DNA from: a virus
Taxonomy: Duplodnaviria > Heunggongvirae > Uroviricota > Caudoviricetes
Strand: one strand, 5' to 3'
DNA length: 5,087 nt
Virus record (IMG/VR): IMGVR_UViG_3300000357_000189
The position numbers and the translations under genes are program-made. Every line of letters begins with the position of its first letter. The first letter of the stretch is position 1. Below the pieces are notes generated by a model. The model ran no database searches and was not told the DNA's origin. It saw nothing but the letters and a program-made list of their open reading frames with translations. This document shows positions 1 to 4,035 of this stretch, piece by piece.

Positions 1-350
1 TGGTGGAGCAGAACAGGCACACGGGCTTATTGCTGGGGGAAGTGAAACAGGAGGCCAGCGTATCGCAGTATGGAAGATTAGCGCACTGGAGGCTTAATCA
101 CCCTCACTGGTCACTGCATGACATCCGGCGCACCTTTACAACCATGCTGAACGATTTAGGCGTTGATCCGCATGTCGTGGAGCAGCTTACAGGCCACCAG
201 ATGCCAGGAATGCAGCGAGTTTATAATCATTCCCGTTATCTGGATGCGAAACGCAATGCGCTGGATATGTGGACNNNNNNNNNNNNNNNNNNNNNNNNNN
301 NNNNNNNNNNNNNNNNNNNNNNNNNNNNNNNNNNNNNNNNNNNNNNNNNN
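1..350 (+). CDS. int: Tyrosine recombinase (integrase), C-terminal fragment; 5' end lies upstream of the window and the stop codon is hidden in N-run 275-406, so the end coordinate is approximate
   Basis: Frame-3 translation of 3-274 reads ...HDIRRTFTTMLNDLGVDPHVVEQLTGHQMPGMQRVYNHSRYLDAKRNALDMW. HDIRR (His-x-x-Arg), LTGH and the Tyr in RVYNHSRY match the box II catalytic motifs of tyrosine recombinases. The post-gap continuation in the ORF track (TRSQKKIIFF...) looks non-coding. Confidence 0.85.
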
Positions 351-446
351 NNNNNNNNNNNNNNNNNNNNNNNNNNNNNNNNNNNNNNNNNNNNNNNNNN
401 NNNNNNTACCCGTAGCCAGAAGAAAATAATTTTTTTCGTGTTTTTT

Positions 447-462
447 CAGTATGCGCATACTG
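447..462. promoter_or_regulatory. Perfect 16-bp palindrome CAGTATGCGCATACTG in the int-alpA intergenic region; candidate protein-binding site
   Basis: The sequence equals its own reverse complement and follows two T6 runs (431-436, 441-446). It has no loop, so it fits a dimeric DNA-binding site better than an RNA hairpin. Confidence 0.3.
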
Positions 463-484
463 GATATGCGAACAGATACAACGT

Positions 485-522
485 GCAACAATGAGCAACA
501 ATGTGGAACAACTACGAACAAG
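485..522 (+). repeat. Four direct repeats with an AACAA core at exact 10-bp phasing
   Basis: AACAA occurs at 487-491, 497-501, 507-511 and 517-521 within gcAACAAtg / agcAACAAtg / tggAACAAct / acgAACAAga. Helical-turn spacing is typical of arm-type or iteron-like recombinase/regulator binding sites. Confidence 0.35.
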
Positions 523-794
523 AGGCGAAAAAGCGTACGGATTTATAAGTAGCTGATTTTTAATGTGTTACTGGTTTTTTGTACACTAGCGAATCACTCT
601 TTAAAGAGCGAGAAAAAAGGCATGGAACAATATTTTATGCCTTTGTATTAACGTGAATTTAAAAGATTTTATTCTTACTGTTTCATTTTCTGTAAATCAT
701 ACATCCTCAGTATTTGCCATTCATCACTCTAGCGGGAACAATACGACACAATAAGACACCTGATGACTCTTTAAGAAACGAAAGGGGGGCAATA

Positions 795-983
795 GTGTTA
801 AGCACTGATCGGTTTATACGTGAAAAAGAATGCGAAAAACTAACCGGCCTTAGCCGTACGTGTCGCTACCGCCTGGAAAAGGCCGGACAATTCCCATCAC
901 GTCGTAAACTTGGCGGTCGTTCCGTTGGCTGGTCTTTATCCGAGGTTCTGGCCTGGAAGGATAGCTGCAAGGCAGTTCATTAA
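795..983 (+). CDS. alpA: AlpA-family (Vis/excisionase-like) small DNA-binding transcriptional regulator, 62 aa
   Basis: GTG start at 795 follows the Shine-Dalgarno AGGGGGG (784-789). Translation VLSTDRFIREKECEKLTGLSRTCRYRLEKAGQFPSRRKLGGRSVGWSLSEVLAWKDSCKAVH matches the AlpA pattern (HTH ...TGLSR.T.Y.L...FP...LG.RSVGW...E...W). The ORF-track start at ATG 714 has no RBS and would give an atypically long N-terminus. Position directly downstream of int is as in CP4-57/P4-like elements. Confidence 0.8.
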   Translation: MLSTDRFIREKECEKLTGLSRTCRYRLEKAGQFPSRRKLGGRSVGWSLSEVLAWKDSCKAVH

Positions 984-1040
984 TCACGCTGGCGGCACGC
1001 AGCCGCCACACATCAATCATCTGAACACAGAGCTATAACC

Positions 1041-1212
1041 ATGAAGATTGAATATACGCCANNNNNNNNNNNNNNNNNNNNNNNNNNNNNNNNNNNNNNN
1101 NNNNNNNNNNNNNNNNNNNNNNNNNNNNNNNNNNNNNNNNNNNNNNNNNNNNNNNNNNNCGTTCGCCCTGGTGAAACTGAAAAACAACAAAATTGGGGTT
1201 TTTCAGGTATAA
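1041..1212 (+). CDS. Possible small hypothetical ORF (about 56 aa) spanning N-run 1062-1159; low confidence
   Basis: ATG at 1041 (MKIEYTP...) runs into the gap. After the gap a different frame reads ...[16 protein letters not shown] with stop TAA 1210-1212, immediately before the hairpin at 1218-1238. The SD is weak (GAG at 1030-1032). Continuity depends on a frame change across the N-run, which is seen at other gaps in this window. Confidence 0.2.
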
Positions 1213-1244
1213 AAAAAGCGGCCCCGAACTGGAGCCGCCTTTCT
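1211..1244 (-). terminator. Intrinsic (rho-independent) terminator for the leftward transcript; possibly weakly bidirectional
   Basis: Stem GCGGC(c)CC / GG(a)GCCGC (1218-1225 with 1231-1238) around loop GAACT (1226-1230). The A7 run 1211-1217 gives a U7 tract directly after the hairpin on the minus strand. On the + strand the hairpin is followed by CTTTCT (1239-1244). It lies about 90 nt downstream of the minus-strand stop at 1334-1336. Confidence 0.55.
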
Positions 1245-1333
1245 GAACAGATAACCCGCTGCGCCGTTTGTGTGTGTGATCCCAAACATAAGCACGGGGA
1301 TGATAGCCGTTATCAGGCTGGTGGGCAATGCAA

Positions 1334-1507
1334 TCAGTCTGGTTCAGTTCGTTGCCATACCTGCAATGAGCGCTTTTCCCTGTACTCTTTAAGGAATTGC
1401 TCAAGGGCAAAAGCACATGGCGCGAATCTTTCTGATTCATGCTCTATCTTTCTGCGCCGTCTTTTCCGTGCCGGTGATAATGTTTTGGTCAATTCTTTAT
1501 CGGTCAT
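1334..1507 (-). CDS. Small basic hypothetical protein, 57 aa from ATG 1507 (alternative start ATG 1522 gives 62 aa)
   Basis: Minus-strand translation [63 protein letters not shown] (complement of 1515-1518) sits 7 nt upstream of ATG 1507; the upstream ATG 1522 has no SD. It lies 57 nt downstream of the RHH gene and upstream of the terminator. Family not recognised. Confidence 0.55.
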   Translation of the reverse strand: MTDKELTKTLSPARKRRRRKIEHESERFAPCAFALEQFLKEYREKRSLQVWQRTEPD

Positions 1508-1564
1508 TGTGTTGTCCTGCATAGCAATGCGCCGTAATACCTTACACCACGGCGCTGATGGTGA

Positions 1565-1744
1565 TTACTCTGGTTCTTTGGCCTTGCGCCGCTGGCGATA
1601 TTCAACTTCTCGTTTTAATGCCGCAGTAACAAATTGCCCCGTACTTTCGCCAGGCATTTTTACCGCCTCAACATTGTTCATAACTTCATGCGGAACCCTT
1701 GCCGCAACGGTTTGTGATTTTGCGTTTACCGCTTTTGTCGCCAT
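1565..1744 (-). CDS. Ribbon-helix-helix (Arc/MetJ/CopG-like) putative transcriptional repressor, 59 aa
   Basis: Minus-strand ORF below the ORF-track size cutoff: ATG at 1744-1742, stop TAA at 1567-1565. Translation [59 protein letters not shown]. The layout beta-strand ([10 protein letters not shown]), helix A (MNNVEAVK), G-x-S/T turn (PGEST) and helix B ([14 protein letters not shown]) fits an RHH fold. SD GAGGGG sits 8 nt upstream of the ATG. It is transcribed divergently from the palindrome-bearing promoter region. Confidence 0.65.
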   Translation of the reverse strand: MATKAVNAKSQTVAARVPHEVMNNVEAVKMPGESTGQFVTAALKREVEYRQRRKAKEPE

Positions 1745-1773
1745 GTGGTGTACCCCTCATAAAAAACAAATGC

Positions 1774-1847
1774 AGTATGCAGGAAAAAAAATAAGTGTTC
1801 AACACTTGACGTGTTTAACACCTGGGTTTAAATTGGTGTTCAACACC
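1774..1847. promoter_or_regulatory. Divergent promoter/operator region with three GTGTT-N-AACAC palindromes overlapping sigma70-like promoter elements
   Basis: Palindromes at 1795-1805 (aaGTGTTcAACACtt), 1811-1821 (GTGTTtAACAC) and 1836-1846 (gGTGTTcAACACc). Rightward promoter: -35 TTGACG 1806-1811, 17-bp spacer, -10 TAAATT 1829-1834. Leftward promoter on the minus strand: -35 TTGAAC (complement of 1797-1802), 17-bp spacer, -10 CATACT (complement of 1774-1779). Operators overlap both -35 elements and the rightward +1 region. Confidence 0.55.
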
Positions 1848-1943
1848 TTGTTGGCGCAAGGTGCAGAAACGACGAAACCCGGCAGTGCGCTAACACTAAC
1901 CGGGCTTCTAACCACCAACGATAGCGAAAGTATCGAGGTAGCT

Positions 1944-2139
1944 ATGAGAAATCATACCACACACCCGCAAGGGCGGGACTCGCACAACCTGAATAAATAC
2001 ATNNNNNNNNNNNNNNNNNNNNGCACAACCGCGCGTGATTACCATTGAGGCCACCAGCGAACAGGAAGCACGCCAGCAATCTCCGGCTGGCTGCGTGATG
2101 GTATTTGCTGCCCGTATTCGTCAGGGGGTAGGCTTATGA
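1944..2139 (+). CDS. Hypothetical small protein, first gene of the rightward operon; spans N-run 2003-2022
   Basis: ATG 1944 follows SD GAGG (1935-1938): [19 protein letters not shown]... After the gap, another frame reads [38 protein letters not shown] with stop TGA 2137-2139 overlapping the next ATG (ATGA). The only frame open before the gap is the one containing ATG 1944. Confidence 0.45.
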
Positions 2140-2451
2140 GCCAGGAAATCACACTACAACAGGCAGCNNNNNNNNNNNNNNNNNNNNNNNNNNNNNNNNN
2201 NNNNNNNNNNNNNNNNNNNNNNNNNNNNNNNNNNNNNNNNNNNNNNNNNNNNNNNNNNNNNCCACCAAATCGAAGTTATTTGCGCACTGGCAGAGGATTA
2301 CCCTAGCATGATGACCGACAGCGAATCAGGGGCAATCATCGGCTTACTTAAACGCCTTAGCGGTGAGGTCTGCGTATTCCTGAGCGATGAACAGGAAAGA
2401 AGAACGCTTATTTCTAACGAAAAAAAATGCGGAGGGGTACATGTGCAATAA
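2136..2451 (+). CDS. Hypothetical protein (about 105 aa); spans N-run 2168-2261
   Basis: ATG 2136 follows SD GGGGG (2124-2128): [10 protein letters not shown]... After the gap: HQIEVICALAEDYPSMMTDSESGAIIGLLKRLSGEVCVFLSDEQERRTLISNEKKCGGVHVQ with stop TAA 2449-2451. It overlaps the next start by 11 nt. Confidence 0.5.
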
Positions 2452-2662
2452 AACCACACCGGACGCAGCCGCCGCCGCGCTCACTACGCTGATGCACGCG
2501 CTTATTGATATTTCTGTTATTGCTGACAGGGCGCATAAACACGCAGCCAGAGAATCAGAATGCATCTTCCATTTAGCATTTGTGCAGCTAAAAGCCGATC
2601 AGGCACTGGATAAGGCCGGAAAAATTATCATGGCTGATGTGCAGGAGGTGCACCATGCATAA
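2441..2662 (+). CDS. Hypothetical protein, 73 aa
   Basis: ATG 2441 follows SD GGAGGGG (2431-2437): MCNKTTPDAAAAALTTLMHALIDISVIADRAHKHAARESECIFHLAFVQLKADQALDKAGKIIMADVQEVHHA. The stop TAA 2660-2662 overlaps the next start (ATGCATAA). The ORF-track start at 2387 is less likely because it lacks an RBS. Confidence 0.6.
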   Translation: MCNKTTPDAAAAALTTLMHALIDISVIADRAHKHAARESECIFHLAFVQLKADQALDKAGKIIMADVQEVHHA

Positions 2663-3020
2663 TCTGTCAATTTCTGACCTTAACAGCATTCAGTTTGATG
2701 AGAAATTTACCGGGCAGTTGCTGGTCAATGTGGAGAACGGGCGCATAGTGCGTAATTATCACCTGCCGGATGGTGCAATTGCCGGAAGCGTTGAAGCATT
2801 GCTGGAACTGGCGGAACGTGCGCGACTGATTAAGCCGTCAACGAGCCATCACGATGATGATCTGCATTTTACCGGATGTATGGTGAGTCACTACGAAAAC
2901 GGCGTCGAGGTATCCTGTGAACGGCTGCGTGATGATTGCTGTTTCGGCACACTGCCGGAATTTATCGAGTTGCTGACCAGTTGCGGTTATCAGGTCATTC
3001 AGGGGGGTAAACATGCGTGA
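2655..3020 (+). CDS. Hypothetical protein, 121 aa, with a His/Cys-rich C-terminal half
   Basis: ATG 2655 follows SD GGAGGT (2644-2649): MHNLSISDLNSIQFDEKFTGQLLVNVENGRIVRNYHLPDGAIAGSVEALLELAERARLIKPSTSHHDDDLHFTGCMVSHYENGVEVSCERLRDDCCFGTLPEFIELLTSCGYQVIQGGKHA. Uninterrupted by N-runs. The stop TGA 3018-3020 overlaps the next ATG 3013. Confidence 0.65.
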   Translation: MHNLSISDLNSIQFDEKFTGQLLVNVENGRIVRNYHLPDGAIAGSVEALLELAERARLIKPSTSHHDDDLHFTGCMVSHYENGVEVSCERLRDDCCFGTLPEFIELLTSCGYQVIQGGKHA

Positions 3021-3331
3021 TGATCGTTTTAATTCCCTGAAACAGGAATTTTCCGGCGTTCCTGATGATGCGGCTGATGCGCTTTCGTCAATGCNNNNNN
3101 NNNNNNNNNNNNNNNNNNNNNNNNNNNNNNNNNNNNNNNNNNNNNNNNNNNNNNNNNNNNNNNNNNNNNNNNNNNNNNNNNNNNNNNATTAGAGCGGCTT
3201 TTTTCTTACTTTCCACGAGAGAATATAAATCAACGGGGCTTGATGTACTGAATATCGCCGCCGATTATGCGGAATATGTGGCAGAGGCGCGTTATAGAAG
3301 AAAATTTCCTGAGGATGTAAGCCATGCGTGA
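3013..3331 (+). CDS. Hypothetical protein (about 105 aa); spans N-run 3095-3187
   Basis: ATG 3013 follows SD AGGGGGG (3001-3007): MRDDRFNSLKQEFSGVPDDAADALSSM... After the gap: IRAAFFLLSTREYKSTGLDVLNIAADYAEYVAEARYRRKFPEDVSHA with stop TGA 3329-3331 overlapping the next ATG 3324. Two separate short genes cannot be excluded. Confidence 0.45.
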
Positions 3332-3645
3332 TATTTACCACGAAACAATAGACCGCGCATTTCTTGCACTTTCTCACAGTGAAAACATGCTGGAAATATT
3401 GCGNNNNNNNNNNNNNNNNNNNNNNNNNNNNNNNNNNNNNNNNNNNNNNNNNNNNNNNNNNNNNNNNNNNNNNNNNNNNNNNNNNNNNNNNNNNNNNGCT
3501 TGAAACACTTGGCGACAATGAACGCGACAAACAAAAATCAAGAATTGCCACGGCATTAATAACGCTTCTTGAGCCTGTAATAATGGAACTGCAAGAAATA
3601 GATCTATTGCACGACAGATATAAAGAACAGCACACCGGAGAATAA
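3324..3645 (+). CDS. Hypothetical protein (about 105 aa); spans N-run 3404-3497
   Basis: ATG 3324 follows SD GAGGA (3311-3315): MRDIYHETIDRAFLALSHSENMLEILR... After the gap: LETLGDNERDKQKSRIATALITLLEPVIMELQEIDLLHDRYKEQHTGE with stop TAA 3643-3645. The frame differs across the gap. Confidence 0.45.
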
Positions 3646-3650
3646 AAATA

Positions 3651-4035
3651 ATGAAACTTAAATATTCTGGCTTAACTGCCAGTGGCAACACTCACCCTAA
3701 ATTTACGCGCGGCGATATTTACCGCGACCAGTACGGCGGCACGGTAATGATTAAGGGCGTGGAAGAACGGCGCGTAACCTACCGCCGTGAAGGTTACGAA
3801 TATGATTGCGTGATGCCTGTTTATCAGTTCCGGCGTGATTTTTCTCTGGTACAGACCGCGCCGCATAACGTGTCCACCAGCAACGCCAGGGCACGGGCAA
3901 ACATCCAGAAGCTGAAAACCATGATTAACGGANNNNNNNNNNNNNNNNNNNNNNNNNNNNNNNNNNNNNNNNNNNNNNNNNNNNNNNNNNNNNNNNNNNN
4001 NNNNNNNNNNNNNNNNNNNNNNNNGTAAAAAATGA
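3651..4035 (+). CDS. Hypothetical protein (about 125 aa); 3' end within or just after N-run 3933-4024
   Basis: ATG 3651 follows SD GGAG (3637-3640): MKLKYSGLTASGNTHPKFTRGDIYRDQYGGTVMIKGVEERRVTYRREGYEYDCVMPVYQFRRDFSLVQTAPHNVSTSNARARANIQKLKTMING... After the gap, either TAA 4026-4028 or TGA 4033-4035 is the stop; the latter overlaps ATG 4032 as ATGA, like other junctions in this operon. Confidence 0.55.

Noticed and set aside
156-521. ORFs 156-521 (-), 163-429 (+) and 187-501 (-) overlapping the integrase 3' end
   Set aside because: They are alternative-frame or antisense reads across N-run 275-406. The integrase frame is the only one with recognisable catalytic motifs.
492-557. 21-codon ORF MSNNVEQLRTRGEKAYGFISS inside the AACAA repeat region
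   Set aside because: Too short, no convincing RBS, and its sequence is dictated by the phased repeats; more likely a binding-site array than a gene.
714-794. Upstream ATG 714 as the alpA start (89-aa version)
   Set aside because: No Shine-Dalgarno precedes 714, while GTG 795 has a strong AGGGGGG. AlpA-family proteins are typically 60-70 aa, and the extra N-terminal 27 aa would overlap the GAC(A/T)C repeats.
1013-1440. Minus-strand ORFs 1013-1285 and 1033-1440
   Set aside because: They run through the intrinsic terminator at 1211-1244 and through an N-run, and their translations are low-complexity. The real minus-strand gene in this area is 1334-1507.
447-1780. Octamer CAGTATGC shared between the 16-bp palindrome (447-454) and the leftward promoter -10 region (1773-1780)
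   Set aside because: By a rough estimate, many repeated 8-mers are expected by chance in a 5-kb window, so this is not significant on its own.
1041-2048. 335-aa + strand ORF from the six-frame track
   Set aside because: Its translation is Cys/Arg/Trp-rich and low in complexity. It is antisense to two minus-strand genes with good RBSs and a terminator, and it crosses the divergent promoter region. Only its first codons before N-run 1062-1159 and its last part from ATG 1944 look coding, and those are called separately.
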